Shown: in pieces, positions 9,802-20,336 of the stretch
Numbering within the stretch: position 1 is the first letter of the stretch
Layout of the letters: the number at the start of each line of letters is the position of its first letter
From: Calditrichales bacterium
GTDB taxonomy: Bacteria; Calditrichota; Calditrichia; Calditrichales; J004
Reading direction: 5' to 3'
DNA length: 64,000 bases
Assembly (NCBI GenBank): GCA_965267575.1
Contig: OZ254086.1
Location: 128,001-192,000, forward strand
The notes under the pieces: model-generated
Seen by the model: only the letters and a program-made list of their open reading frames with translations
Told to the model about the DNA's origin: nothing
Database searches by the model: none
Translations under genes and position numbers: made by a program

Positions 9802-10749
9802 CTATTTAAGTGTTTTCAGGTAAGCGATAATGGCGTCAATTTCATCATTTGTCATAACGCCCTGATACGTCGGCATAACGGGCTGATAACCTTCAACAAT
9901 CTGTGCCTGCGGCTCAAGGATTGACTTGCGGATATAATTTTCATCAACCGTAATAGACGATCCGTCCGTCATATTTTCCTGGCGGCCGAAAATGCCTTTA
10001 AACGTCGGGCCCACGTTAGGCGAGCCGTCGATGGAGTGGCAGGTTACACAGGCTTTGCTTGTGTAAAGCTTCTCGCCCCACTCTTCCGGCGCCAGTCCTT
10101 CACCGCCGACAGCGTTGTCCGCCAACCAGTCATTATAGGCCTGGTCGGTAACAACACGCACTTTGCCAATCATGTCGGAGTGGCTTTTGCCGCAATACTC
10201 TGTACAGAAAAGATCGTAGGTACCTTCCTGTGTCGCTTCGAACCAGGTTTGCGAATAGCGGTTTGGCAATACATCCATCTTAATACGGAAATTAGGTACA
10301 AAAAAACTGTGAATGACATCCTGGGATGACATGAGCAATTTAACCGGTTGATTGACCGGCACCACCAGCTCATTTGTGGAGGTCGCCCCATCCGGATAAT
10401 TAAAAGACCAGAACCATTTTTGGCCCGTGACTTTAATCTCAATGGCATCGCCCGGCGGCACATTCATTTTAAGAAATGTCTGGAATCCCCAAACAAATAT
10501 GATGAACACCAAAATCGTAGGGATCACCGTCCAGAAAATTTCAAGCTTGGTGTTGTGCGAAATGTTAGCCGTATAGGGCGTCTGCGCCGCCTTTTTAGCC
10601 CGGTAGCGCCAGGCAAAATAAAAGCTACCACCCGTCACCAGAATAAAAAAGAAAATGGACAGGTACAGAATAAAGTTGAACAACGCATCTACTTCGGAAG
10701 CGATCGTAGAGTTGGCGCCCGGTAAAAATAATGTTCCGTTCGGATCCAT
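9802..10749 (-). CDS. ctaC: Cytochrome c oxidase subunit II with fused C-terminal cytochrome c (caa3)
   Basis: CuA ligands HSF and CTEYCGKSHSDM; C-terminal CVTCH heme motif. Confidence 0.96.
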   Translation of the reverse strand: MDPNGTLFLPGANSTIASEVDALFNFILYLSIFFFILVTGGSFYFAWRYRAKKAAQTPYTANISHNTKLEIFWTVIPTILVFIIFVWGFQTFLKMNVPPGDAIEIKVTGQKWFWSFNYPDGATSTNELVVPVNQPVKLLMSSQDVIHSFFVPNFRIKMDVLPNRYSQTWFEATQEGTYDLFCTEYCGKSHSDMIGKVRVVTDQAYNDWLADNAVGGEGLAPEEWGEKLYTSKACVTCHSIDGSPNVGPTFKGIFGRQENMTDGSSITVDENYIRKSILEPQAQIVEGYQPVMPTYQGVMTNDEIDAIIAYLKTLK

Positions 10750-11565
10750 TTACACGTATTCCTTTAAACTTTTTTGTTTTTTTCGTTTTTCTTTTATCCA
10801 AAGCGTACCCAGGAAAAGACCAAGCACCGCAATGGTAAGCACGCCGCCGAGACGCATTACATTGCCGGCAAACAACACGTAGCTGTTGGCATTGGCATCG
10901 TAATGGTAGCAATAGAGCAGAATGCGTTCAAAAGTATTGCCCACTTTTCCGTCCGATGCTTCCAACAAGCCCAGTTTGACATCATTCGGAGTATATTGAA
11001 TGCCATAGAGGTGTCGGGCAATCTTTCCTTCCGGCGTCAGAATAAAAAGCACCGCCGGATGGGCAAATTCATCACGTTCTTCGTCGTAAAAGTATTCAAA
11101 ACCCATTGCCGTCGTCAGTGAATCTATGCTGGGCTGATCCGCCGTAAGAAAATGCCAGCGATCCCGCAGGGTCGTATCGGAAACGCTGCCCGTATAAGTC
11201 TCCTTTTTCTGCCGCGCCAAAGCCGGCGTCTCAGCGGAATCTATCGAGACGGTAACGATGCTGTAGCGTTCACCCGCCGGCCAGTTCATTGCATTGATCG
11301 CATCACTCAGGCCGTTTAAGACCAGGGTGCAAAGCATCGGGCATTCGTAATAGGCAAACACAAAAATTACCGGCGTATCCTGATTGAAATAGTCTTCCAA
11401 CAGAACTTTCTCGCCCTGCTCGTTGTAAAGAACCGTTTTTCCGGGAACGTACTCACCCAAATGCTCGGAAACGTTTATCCGGCTAAGCTGCGGATCGTTC
11501 TCTTTTGCAACCTGGCCAAAAAGCAGAAGGGGTACTAAAAAAAGTATAAATGCACTAAAACGCAT
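10750..11565 (-). CDS. SCO family protein (ACIII/oxidase cluster type) with C-terminal TM
   Basis: YYECPMLC (CxxxC), FAHPA, LLYCYHYD. Confidence 0.88.
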   Translation of the reverse strand: MRFSAFILFLVPLLLFGQVAKENDPQLSRINVSEHLGEYVPGKTVLYNEQGEKVLLEDYFNQDTPVIFVFAYYECPMLCTLVLNGLSDAINAMNWPAGERYSIVTVSIDSAETPALARQKKETYTGSVSDTTLRDRWHFLTADQPSIDSLTTAMGFEYFYDEERDEFAHPAVLFILTPEGKIARHLYGIQYTPNDVKLGLLEASDGKVGNTFERILLYCYHYDANANSYVLFAGNVMRLGGVLTIAVLGLFLGTLWIKEKRKKQKSLKEYV

Positions 11566-11568
11566 AAT

Positions 11569-11871
11569 TTATCGGGCATTCTCCTGAACATATAATTCCA
11601 TGGCACGCTCCAGCGGGATACGGTAAACGCCTTTTTCGGCATCCAAAACTTCGTAATTATTCAGCTTTTGCTGCTCAGCAGCGCGTATCTCTCGCAGTTG
11701 ATTGGACTCAACATTGTACACCCGCTCATAAAGCGCCTTTTCTTTTGAAAACGTGTAGTAGTCATTCAGAATAACCAGAACAACTGCCACAAAAACAATC
11801 GATATAATTGAAACTAAAACAATTACGCGGGTATTCACATCCCGCTTCTCGTATCCGATATGTTCCGACAT
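11569..11871 (-). CDS. actG: Alternative complex III subunit ActG-like
   Basis: Single TM followed by L..Y..LD...GVYRIPLERAM; lies after actF. Confidence 0.7.
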   Translation of the reverse strand: MSEHIGYEKRDVNTRVIVLVSIISIVFVAVVLVILNDYYTFSKEKALYERVYNVESNQLREIRAAEQQKLNNYEVLDAEKGVYRIPLERAMELYVQENAR

Positions 11872-11882
11872 GCGTGAAACCC

Positions 11883-13067
11883 TTAAATATTTTTAAAATT
11901 CAGAGAGAATTCCAGACGACGGTCGCTGACCGGCACCAGCGGGTGCGCCGTAAACGTATTCCAGAAGTTCCAGAAAAACAAACCGCCTATGCCCAGCAAC
12001 AGTGTAATATCCATCCAGCTCAAATGGAAACTGTGCGGCATGAAATAGGGAAATACCAGCCAATACAGGTCAATAAAGTGCATAACAAACACCCAGGCGG
12101 CAACAACCGTCAGCCAGGTAAGATTACGCTTTGCCGCGCGGAAAGAGAGTGCTATAAACGGAAGCGCAAAATGGCCGAAAACTAGCGTCATGGTTATGAT
12201 TTTCCAGTTGCCCGTCCAGCGGTGGTAGTACCAGACTGTTTCTTCCGGAATGTTGGCATACCAGATCAGGAAGTACTGTGAAAACTGCATGTAGCCCCAG
12301 AAAACAAGAAAGGCAAAAATCATTTTGGCCAGATCGTGGTAGTGCTCAACGCTAATCGCGTTGGTCAGAACGCCTTTTTTGCGCAGCCAGAAGGAAACCA
12401 TCACCGAGAAAACGATAATGGCGAGCAATGATCCGCTAAACAGGTAAACGCCAAAAATCGTCGAGAACCAGTGCGGATCCAGCGACATCAGCCAGTCAAA
12501 AGATGCGAAGGTAATGGTCAGCGCAAAAATGACAGTACCCGGCGCGCTGATCTGGCGCATCTTTACAATCAGCCGCTCATCCGGTTCTTTATCCTGCTTC
12601 AGGGAAAGACGGTAAAGTACACGGCTCAGGATGATCCAGGCGGCAAAATAGATTACAGCCCGTACAATAAAGAAAGGCACATTCAGATAGCCCTGTTTCC
12701 AGGCCAGAATCGGATCTTTGGCAACTTCTTCGGGATGAGTCCAGTGGAATAAATCGTGCATACCAAACAGGATCGGGATAAACAGGATGGCCAGAATGGG
12801 AAAACTCTGCATGGTGGCTTCGCTTATGCGGCGCAACACGATGTTCCATTCCGAGCCAAACAGGTGATTAACCATCGTAAAAAAGAGTCCGCCCCAGGCC
12901 AGCGTAAGCCAGAACATGTAGCCCAGCAGGTACGAATGGAAAAAGTGCTTTGAATTGGTGAAGTAACCGGCCGCGCTGATAAGCAGCATCACCACACCAA
13001 CAATAAGCGCAATCTTCCCGGCAGAGCCTTTATCCGATAAAGTGTAAGTTGAACTGTCGTATTTCAT
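11883..13067 (-). CDS. actF: Alternative complex III membrane subunit ActF
   Basis: DWLMSLDPHWFSTIFG, SQYFLIWYANIPEE; multi-TM; alternative GTG start at 13073. Confidence 0.92.
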   Translation of the reverse strand: MKYDSSTYTLSDKGSAGKIALIVGVVMLLISAAGYFTNSKHFFHSYLLGYMFWLTLAWGGLFFTMVNHLFGSEWNIVLRRISEATMQSFPILAILFIPILFGMHDLFHWTHPEEVAKDPILAWKQGYLNVPFFIVRAVIYFAAWIILSRVLYRLSLKQDKEPDERLIVKMRQISAPGTVIFALTITFASFDWLMSLDPHWFSTIFGVYLFSGSLLAIIVFSVMVSFWLRKKGVLTNAISVEHYHDLAKMIFAFLVFWGYMQFSQYFLIWYANIPEETVWYYHRWTGNWKIITMTLVFGHFALPFIALSFRAAKRNLTWLTVVAAWVFVMHFIDLYWLVFPYFMPHSFHLSWMDITLLLGIGGLFFWNFWNTFTAHPLVPVSDRRLEFSLNFKNI

Positions 13068-13079
13068 GAGCACCGTCTC

Positions 13080-13700
13080 TTAATTAAGGTCTTTCAGAAT
13101 TTCTTCGGGAACATCTTCGGCCGTGGCATTCTGGCTGCGCTGCAACGCACGTACAAAAGCCACAATCGCCCAGCGATCTTCCACTTGTATCTGTTTTTTA
13201 TAGCCCGGCATATTACGGATACCGTTGGCTATTACGTCATAAATCTGCCCATCCGGGTATTCGCGGATATAGTCCTGATGAAAAGAAGGGGGCGGCAGAT
13301 AACCACGTTCCACAACGATCCCCTTGCCGTCACCGGCGCCGCCATGGCAAGGCGTGCAATAGATGCCGTATCGCTCTTTCCCTCTTTGCAGCAATTCGGG
13401 TGTAATTTCAATCGGGATATTTTGCGTAAATTGCCCGGAAGCCGTTTTACCGTAATAGTATTCTTCGTCCGCTCTCAGGTCACCGCGGGCGATTGTACCG
13501 GCAACAGGAACGCGCATGGCAGAACCATCTTCAAAGAATTCGCTTTCTTCATACGCCTCGTAGCGTGGCTGGTCATCCATATTGGGGTTAATATGAATGG
13601 GCGGTTTTTCCGAAGGAGATCCGCGCAAACAGGCATTTAAAAAGAATGCCGCCCCGGCCAGAAATATCCACTTTGTTGTTTTAAAATGATTTCTGTTCAT
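13080..13700 (-). CDS. actE: Alternative complex III monoheme cytochrome c lipoprotein ActE
   Basis: Lipobox FLNAC, NMDDQP, CTPCH, DRWAIV. Confidence 0.92.
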   Translation of the reverse strand: MNRNHFKTTKWIFLAGAAFFLNACLRGSPSEKPPIHINPNMDDQPRYEAYEESEFFEDGSAMRVPVAGTIARGDLRADEEYYYGKTASGQFTQNIPIEITPELLQRGKERYGIYCTPCHGGAGDGKGIVVERGYLPPPSFHQDYIREYPDGQIYDVIANGIRNMPGYKKQIQVEDRWAIVAFVRALQRSQNATAEDVPEEILKDLN

Positions 13701-13706
13701 GCCTTG

Positions 13707-14258
13707 TTACTCTTCATCATTTGGGATTAATTTTTCAATGTCTTTGCCGCCGATCGACTGCAAAAACCTGGTTGTCTCATCAAGATCGAATTTACCGTCC
13801 TGCGCTTCAATGCTAACAAAAAAGGCGTCGTCTGTTACCTTGGAAAACTGATCCGAATAAAAGACCGGATGATGAAACCTGGGCAATCCGGTTAAAATAA
13901 GCATACCCACAAGGGCAACCAGCGCGGATAGCAAAACCATCACAGCCCAGGAAGCAACTCCATAAGCCTGGTAGCTAAAAAGCGGCTTGCCGGAAAGAAC
14001 CAGCGGATAATCAATAGCCGAGGTCCAGCCCTGAAAGGCAAACATGCCGATAAACGAAACCGTTGCCACCCCGCCAACCACGTAACCAAGCGGCGATCGT
14101 TTTTCGCCCATGGCGTCATCCATGCCGTGGATAGGAAAAGGTGAATGGCAATCGTAATGCTTATAGCCGGCCTCTTTTGTTTTTTCAGCGGCCTTGAGTA
14201 AATCGCCCGACGTTTCGAAGCGGGCCAAAAGCCCTAAAACTTTTTCAGATGCGCTCAT
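13707..14258 (-). CDS. actD: Alternative complex III subunit ActD (DUF3341)
   Basis: [23 protein letters not shown], two TMs. Confidence 0.92.
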   Translation of the reverse strand: MSASEKVLGLLARFETSGDLLKAAEKTKEAGYKHYDCHSPFPIHGMDDAMGEKRSPLGYVVGGVATVSFIGMFAFQGWTSAIDYPLVLSGKPLFSYQAYGVASWAVMVLLSALVALVGMLILTGLPRFHHPVFYSDQFSKVTDDAFFVSIEAQDGKFDLDETTRFLQSIGGKDIEKLIPNDEE

Positions 14259-15676
14259 TGTGCTTTCTCCCCGCTTTTATGTTCTTCATCGTGATGTTCG
14301 TGATGATGCGGATCGGCCTGGGGTAGAATATTTTTCACTTCGGACATGGCGACAATCGGCAGATGCTTAATGAACAGCAGGAACAGGGTAAAAAACAATC
14401 CGAAGGATCCGATCAACAAAGAGATATCCCAGAATGTCGGTGAATAATAGTCCCAGCTTGAAGGCAGAAAATCGCGCGATAGCGACGTTACCGTAATCAC
14501 GAAACGCTCGAACCACATACCGATATTTACGATGATGGAAACCACAAACATAACCGGTACACTGCGGCGTAGCTTGCGCGACCAGAAAATCTGCGGCGCG
14601 ATTACGTTACAACTCACCATAATCCAGTAGGCCCAGGCATAGGGTCCGAAAGCACGGTTTATAAAGGCAAACGCTTCATAAGGATTGCCACTGTACCAGG
14701 CGATAAAAAATTCCATACCATAAGCGTAACCCACCATCATGCCGGTTACCATAATGATCTTGTTCATGTTTTCCAGGTGCGTCATCGTAATGATGTGCTC
14801 AAGGTGATAAATGCGTCTGGCAATAAGCGCCAGCGTCATCACCATGGCAAACCCGGAAAAAATGGCCCCGGCAACGAAATAGGGTGGAAAGATCGTTGTG
14901 TGCCATCCCGGTATTACAGACGTCGCAAAGTCCGTACTTACAACAGAGTGAACCGAAAGGACCAGCGGCGTGGACAATCCGGCCAGCAGCAAATAAGCCA
15001 GTTCATAGTGTTTCCACTGCTTGTTTCCGCCTCTCCAGCCCAGCGAGAAAATGCCCAGCAGTACTTTGCGGATACCGCTCTTGGCACGATCACGCAGCGT
15101 AGCCAGGTCGGGAATAAGCCCCACGTACCAGAACATGAAGGAAACCGAAAAATAGGTTCCTACGGCAAAGAAGTCCCACAACAGCGGACTGCGGAAGTTG
15201 GGCCACATGGCCATCTGGTTTGGAACCGGGAACATGTAATAAACCACCCACACCCGGCCGATGTGAATACCCGGAAAAATCAAAGCGCAGATAACGGCAA
15301 AAATGGTCATCGCTTCGGCAAAGCGGTTGATTGACGTACGCCACTTCTGCCGGAACAGGTAAAGGATGGCAGAGATCAGCGTTCCGGCGTGACCAATACC
15401 TACCCAGAATACAAAGTTTACGATTGCCCAGCCCCAGCCAACGGGAACATTCAGGCCCCAGATACCAATACCTTCCCAGAACAGGTAGCCAATGGCACCC
15501 AGTAATACCAGGGACAGAGAGCCCGCCGTGCCGAAAAGCAACAGCCATTCAATACTGGTTTTACTCTCCGCTATCGATGATATCTTTTCCGTGATCGTAT
15601 GGAATGTCTGATTCCCCGTGATCAGCGGGACTTTATATTCTTCAACAACATCGAGGTCTTTGTTTATCGCACTCAC
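14255..15676 (-). CDS. actC: Alternative complex III quinol-binding subunit ActC (NrfD family)
   Basis: [38 protein letters not shown]. Confidence 0.96.
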   Translation of the reverse strand: MSAINKDLDVVEEYKVPLITGNQTFHTITEKISSIAESKTSIEWLLLFGTAGSLSLVLLGAIGYLFWEGIGIWGLNVPVGWGWAIVNFVFWVGIGHAGTLISAILYLFRQKWRTSINRFAEAMTIFAVICALIFPGIHIGRVWVVYYMFPVPNQMAMWPNFRSPLLWDFFAVGTYFSVSFMFWYVGLIPDLATLRDRAKSGIRKVLLGIFSLGWRGGNKQWKHYELAYLLLAGLSTPLVLSVHSVVSTDFATSVIPGWHTTIFPPYFVAGAIFSGFAMVMTLALIARRIYHLEHIITMTHLENMNKIIMVTGMMVGYAYGMEFFIAWYSGNPYEAFAFINRAFGPYAWAYWIMVSCNVIAPQIFWSRKLRRSVPVMFVVSIIVNIGMWFERFVITVTSLSRDFLPSSWDYYSPTFWDISLLIGSFGLFFTLFLLFIKHLPIVAMSEVKNILPQADPHHHEHHDEEHKSGEKAQ

Positions 15677-15694
15677 TTTATTCTCGCTCTTTTA

Positions 15695-18661
15695 TTAACT
15701 GTTGCTGATTTGCTCAATTTCAGGATTCGGATTGCGCAGTTTGGCCAGGTAAGTTGTCCGCGGTTTCACGTTCAGTTCGGCCAGAACGGCGTAGTCCTTG
15801 TTTTGCTTCTTAAGCTGGCTCACGCGGCTTTCCGGGTCGTTGATGTTACCAAAAACAATAGAGTCAGTGGGACAGGCTTGCTGACATGCCGACAAAACAT
15901 CTCCGTCTTCCACGCGGCGGCCTTCATTCCTGGCTTTGATCTTGGCCTTCTGCAAACGCTGCGTGCAGTAGGTGCATTTTTCCATCACACCGCGGAAGCG
16001 TACCGTCACATCCGGGTTCTGCGCCATCTTCTGCATCTCACCGTAGGAGTTGGTGTAGTTGAAAAAGTTGAAACGGCGAACCTTATAAGGACAGTTGTTG
16101 GAACAATAGCGCGTTCCGATGCAGCGGTTATAGGTCATCACGTTCAGACCTTCTTCATCATGAAGCGTGGCCTGTACCGGGCAAACCTGTTCGCAAGGCG
16201 CGTTTTCGCAATGTTGGCAGGCCATCGGCTGATAAACCATTTCCGGTTCTTCAATATCACCGGCAAAGTAGCGGTCCAGGCGTATCCAATGCATTTCACG
16301 GCCTTTCTCCACCTGCTCTTTACCGATAATTGGAATGTTGTTCTCACTCTGGCAGGCAATAACACAGGCGTTGCAGCCGGAACAGGTATTGAGATCAATC
16401 ACCATGCCCCACTGATAGCCCTTGCTGTAATCAAACTCTGTCCAGAGCGAACGCAGCGGCGGATGCTGAACCATTTCCTTGGCGAAGTTGGGATTTTCAC
16501 GGTACTCTTCAAGAGTAGCTTCGCGAACCAGCGGCCGCCCTTCCATGGAGTTGTGATCCTGCGTATTGGCCAGAACATAGGTTTCGCCTGTTTTACGCAG
16601 GGTAACGCCATTCATGTAATGAGGCGTGCGGCTGTCCTTAAGCGCGAACACGTTAAAGCCGACATCATCGGCGATCCGGCCCAGGTTTTTGCGGCCATAG
16701 CCCATTTCCAGCGAAATAACATAATCGGCCTGGCCGGGCAGTACGCTTACGACTGTGCGCAGCTCTTTGCCGCCGGCGTTCAGCACCACTACATCACGTG
16801 ATTGCAGGCCCAGTTCTTCCGCCGTGCGCGGACTGATCAGAGCCGCGTTGTCCCAGCATATCTTGGTGACGGGGTCGGGCATTTCCTGCAGCCAGCCGTT
16901 GTTGGAAAATCGGCCGTCATGAACAGAGTAAGATGGACGGAAAATAATCTGCAGGCTTTCCGCACTGCGCTGTCCCGTGCTGTAGTTGGTTGCGTTTACC
17001 AGTGATGCTACGGCACTCATATTCAGGCTAGTGGACGCCGGCTTCCGCTGCGTATTGGCGGCCAGTCCGTCATGCAGGGTGCGTTCCCATGCCGACTTCG
17101 AGATACCCCGATCGGTCCAGGTTTGCCGTACAATCTCATAACCGCGGACGTCTTTGCCCGTGGTCAGCAGATTCAAAAATTCAAAAATAGATTTGGAACC
17201 AAAAAGCGGTTCGATGACCGGCTGGACAACACTCAGGTGTCCCTGAACCCCGGCTGCATCGCCCCAAGACTCGATGAAGTGGGCCTGCGGAACGTGCCAT
17301 CCGGCAAGCATGCCCGTTTCGTCACGGTGCGATGAAAAGGAGATAAACGTTTCCGCTTTGCTCAGCGCATCCGCCATGTTCAGGTTGGCCGGCGTATCGT
17401 AAGCCAGGTTGCGATCCAGGGCAACCAGGGTTTTTACGGAACCGCCCTGCAAGGCATTCACAAGCTCGTTCATATCGCCCTGCTGCAGCACGGCGTTATC
17501 CGGGGCAAAATAGGAAATCGTTTTATTATTGTTTTTCAGGATTTCATTAATGGCAAAAACAAGGGCGTGGGTCGCCGCGCTCTGGCGGTAACCGGCTACA
17601 ACGATCGAATTGCCGGAAGCACCTTTCAAATCTTTCACCAAAGCCGCAAACCATTTTTGGTCGATTCCGGTTTGGGCGAGATCGGCGTTAGCGCCGCTTA
17701 TGCCAAGTTCAGCAGCCAAAACGCGCGTAAATGCTTCGAGCTGGTCCTGGTTCATGCGTTTTCTGTGGTCGGCCATACCACCTGTGATAGAGTAGGAAGA
17801 CTCAACCACATAAAGGCGGTTCATATCTTCTTTTTCCGAAGCGACGCGGCGGCGTGACGCAAAGGTCCAGCTTGCATCGACCGCTTCCGGTTCAACACCC
17901 ATAAAATCGGCATCGATGGAGAGAACCACACGCGCTTTATCATAATGGTGTAACGCGCGGAGTGTCTGGCCAGTGGCGGCTCTTAGACCATCATACTTAT
18001 TTTTCTGGGAAACCGGCTCATCAACAACCCAAAACGCATTCGGAAAGGTCTTTTGAAAAGCCTGATAAAGCCTGTATAACGTCGGCGAAGAAAACTCTCC
18101 CGAGACAATGGCCAGCCCCTCGCCGCCGTTTTCCGCAAACGTGCTGTATTGCTCCTGCCAGAAAGTGACAAAATCATTCCAGCGCCGGCGGTTGCCGTTT
18201 TCGGTCACATCCTGGGCGCGGTCCGGGTCGTACAGGTTAAGCGTTTCCGCCTGCATAATCGCGTTGGTGCGTCCATGGGACGTAGGATGCTTATCATTAC
18301 CCTCAATCTTGGTCGGGCGTCCTTCATGGCTTTCCACCAGGAGGCCATGGGCATGCGCACCGTAATTAACCGTCGTGGCGTAAAATTGCGCATTACCCGG
18401 CACAAGTGCTTCGGGCGCTTTTACATAGGGTACGATTTTTTCGACGGGTTTGCGGCAGGAAGTCAGTCCGGCCAGCGCGATCGAAGCGCTCATGATGCTG
18501 AGAAACTTGCGCCTCGTCAGGGGATTTGTCATTTCCGAAGCGTTCTCCGGAAACTCACGGTGTAAAAACTCTTTAAACTCCGGCGTATCGGCCAGCTGGT
18601 CCAGGCTGCGCCAATACTCTTTTCCGGTAATCTCTTTTTTTATTTCTTTCATCGATGACAT
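15695..18661 (-). CDS. actB: Alternative complex III ActB (Tat lipoprotein; molybdopterin-oxidoreductase-like plus Fe-S domain)
   Basis: YWRSL...TRRKFL...LTSC Tat/lipobox; EGRPTKIEGN; C-terminal Cys motifs CSGCNAC, CQHCENAPC, CIGTRYC, CTYC. Confidence 0.96.
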   Translation of the reverse strand: MSSMKEIKKEITGKEYWRSLDQLADTPEFKEFLHREFPENASEMTNPLTRRKFLSIMSASIALAGLTSCRKPVEKIVPYVKAPEALVPGNAQFYATTVNYGAHAHGLLVESHEGRPTKIEGNDKHPTSHGRTNAIMQAETLNLYDPDRAQDVTENGNRRRWNDFVTFWQEQYSTFAENGGEGLAIVSGEFSSPTLYRLYQAFQKTFPNAFWVVDEPVSQKNKYDGLRAATGQTLRALHHYDKARVVLSIDADFMGVEPEAVDASWTFASRRRVASEKEDMNRLYVVESSYSITGGMADHRKRMNQDQLEAFTRVLAAELGISGANADLAQTGIDQKWFAALVKDLKGASGNSIVVAGYRQSAATHALVFAINEILKNNNKTISYFAPDNAVLQQGDMNELVNALQGGSVKTLVALDRNLAYDTPANLNMADALSKAETFISFSSHRDETGMLAGWHVPQAHFIESWGDAAGVQGHLSVVQPVIEPLFGSKSIFEFLNLLTTGKDVRGYEIVRQTWTDRGISKSAWERTLHDGLAANTQRKPASTSLNMSAVASLVNATNYSTGQRSAESLQIIFRPSYSVHDGRFSNNGWLQEMPDPVTKICWDNAALISPRTAEELGLQSRDVVVLNAGGKELRTVVSVLPGQADYVISLEMGYGRKNLGRIADDVGFNVFALKDSRTPHYMNGVTLRKTGETYVLANTQDHNSMEGRPLVREATLEEYRENPNFAKEMVQHPPLRSLWTEFDYSKGYQWGMVIDLNTCSGCNACVIACQSENNIPIIGKEQVEKGREMHWIRLDRYFAGDIEEPEMVYQPMACQHCENAPCEQVCPVQATLHDEEGLNVMTYNRCIGTRYCSNNCPYKVRRFNFFNYTNSYGEMQKMAQNPDVTVRFRGVMEKCTYCTQRLQKAKIKARNEGRRVEDGDVLSACQQACPTDSIVFGNINDPESRVSQLKKQNKDYAVLAELNVKPRTTYLAKLRNPNPEIEQISNS

Positions 18662-19296
18662 CCTGAACAATCTACTGGGGGTGAAATTTGCTTTTCATGG
18701 ATCAACTGCATCGCGAATTCCTGATGATTTGCAGGAGGCGTCCAGTTCATTTTAGTAATTTGGTCTTTGGGGCGCAGATGCGGAGCGGGATTACGGTGGC
18801 AATCCAGGCACCAGCCCATGCTCAAGGGCTCTTTTAATTCCACCACTTCCATTGCGGCAACATTTCCGTGGCAGCTCTCGCAGCCCACGCCCACGTTTAC
18901 GTGCGCGCTGTGGTTAAAGTAAGAATAATCCGGCAGGTCGTGCACGCGCACCCACTCGATGGGTGTGCCGTTGGCCCAGCTTTCGCGCACCGGCAAAAGC
19001 TTGGGATTGTCCGTTCCGATCAGCGTGTGGCAGTTCATACACGTCTCTGTCGGCGGAACGCCCGCTTTGGCGGACTTATCAACGCTGGTATGACAATAGC
19101 GGCAATCCATTCCTAAATCACCGGCATGCAACTTGTGGCTGTAGTCAACGGGCTGAGAAGGCCTGTATCCAACATCCGTATACTGCGGAGAGCCAAAGTA
19201 CCAAAAGAACCCGACCACTCCGACAAGCGCCGCTACGACGACGATCCCAACATAGATCGGCCAGCGGTTGGCGCCTTTCTTAAAAATCTGAGCCAA
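18649..19296 (-). CDS. actA: Alternative complex III pentaheme cytochrome c ActA
   Basis: N-terminal TM and five CxxCH motifs (CRYCH, CMNCH, CESCH, CLDCH, CSGCH). Confidence 0.96.
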   Translation of the reverse strand: MAQIFKKGANRWPIYVGIVVVAALVGVVGFFWYFGSPQYTDVGYRPSQPVDYSHKLHAGDLGMDCRYCHTSVDKSAKAGVPPTETCMNCHTLIGTDNPKLLPVRESWANGTPIEWVRVHDLPDYSYFNHSAHVNVGVGCESCHGNVAAMEVVELKEPLSMGWCLDCHRNPAPHLRPKDQITKMNWTPPANHQEFAMQLIHEKQISPPVDCSGCHR

Positions 19297-19450
19297 TGCT
19301 TACTCCTTGTTGCGGTTTCAACTCAAAATGATAAATCACCCAAGCTTCGCATCGATTTATAGACGTGATTTTGCCCAAAAAGGCCTGCAATATAAAAATC
19401 GTCAATATCGAATTCAATAAATTTGGTGCATTAATTCACATAGAAATGCA

Positions 19451-20314
19451 CTAAATCAGACCATCAATTGCTATGGCCGCGAACAACCCGAACAGATATA
19501 TTATGGAATATCCGAATAGTCCGCGTATCGCCTTCACTTCCCGGCTGCGTCCGGCGGCGTAACTTTTTCGGATAAATTGCCAGCCAAGGGTGCCGGCAAT
19601 TAAAAGATATATCCAGCTTATGCTGGCGTTAACTACAAGCAGGAAACTTACTCCCACCAATAACCAGCTGTATAGAATTATTTGTTGAAAAGTGCTGTCA
19701 TCGCCTTTAACAACGGGCATCATGGGCAAATTGGCCACGCGGTAATCATCCTTGTAGACCAGTGCCAGCGCCCAAAAATGCGGTGGTGTCCACAAAAAAA
19801 TAATCAGGAACAAAATCCACGGCTCAACGGCCATGGCCCCCGTGGCAGCCACCCACGCGCCAACCGGCGCCATGCTCCCGGCAATACCGCCAATAACGAT
19901 ATTCTGCGGCGTAGTCGGTTTAAGATAGAGCGTGTAAAAAAGGCTGTAAAAAAGGATAGTGGCCAGGGCCAGTAAAGCACTATACCAGTTAAATAATAAA
20001 CCAAGGATCAGAACACCGGCAACCCCGATCGCTATGGAAAAAGTAAACGCGGCCAAAGGACTCAGCCTTTTCATCGGCAAAGGACGGCGGCCTGCCGTTC
20101 TTTTCATTTTCGCGTCTATTTCCCGTTCAAAACACTGATTAAGAGCGTTGGCTGAACCGCCGCTTAAATAGATCCCCAGCAGGGCAAGAGCAAAATAGAG
20201 GGGATTGCTCAACAAGCTGCCTTCCAGAACCAGGGCCGTTGCTCCCGTTATAATCACCAGAAGCATGATCGTCGGCTTGGTGAGCGCAAAAAAAGCTTTC
20301 AGAATAGATGTCAT
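19451..20314 (-). CDS. ctaB: Protoheme IX farnesyltransferase (heme O synthase)
   Basis: LTKP, IDAKMKRT..RPLP, NIVIGG, WTPPHFWAL; start placed at MTSILK. Confidence 0.95.
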   Translation of the reverse strand: MTSILKAFFALTKPTIMLLVIITGATALVLEGSLLSNPLYFALALLGIYLSGGSANALNQCFEREIDAKMKRTAGRRPLPMKRLSPLAAFTFSIAIGVAGVLILGLLFNWYSALLALATILFYSLFYTLYLKPTTPQNIVIGGIAGSMAPVGAWVAATGAMAVEPWILFLIIFLWTPPHFWALALVYKDDYRVANLPMMPVVKGDDSTFQQIILYSWLLVGVSFLLVVNASISWIYLLIAGTLGWQFIRKSYAAGRSREVKAIRGLFGYSIIYLFGLFAAIAIDGLI

Positions 20315-20336
20315 TCCTGTCTTTGATAACCTTCCT

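Noticed and set aside
15599-16801. 400-aa plus-strand ORF, and similar long antisense ORFs (27887..28741, 31772..32785, 42761..43705, 49782..50606)
   Set aside because: Each lies opposite a well-supported gene and has no recognisable motifs; expected from codon bias.
15695-18661. ActB as an active molybdoenzyme
   Set aside because: Operon context is ACIII; ActB is established to keep the fold without a molybdopterin cofactor.
19425-19442. Possible Rex/CRP-like site upstream of actA (TGTGAATTAATGCACC on the minus strand)
   Set aside because: Only one half-site matches well; not distinguishable from chance in AT-rich DNA.
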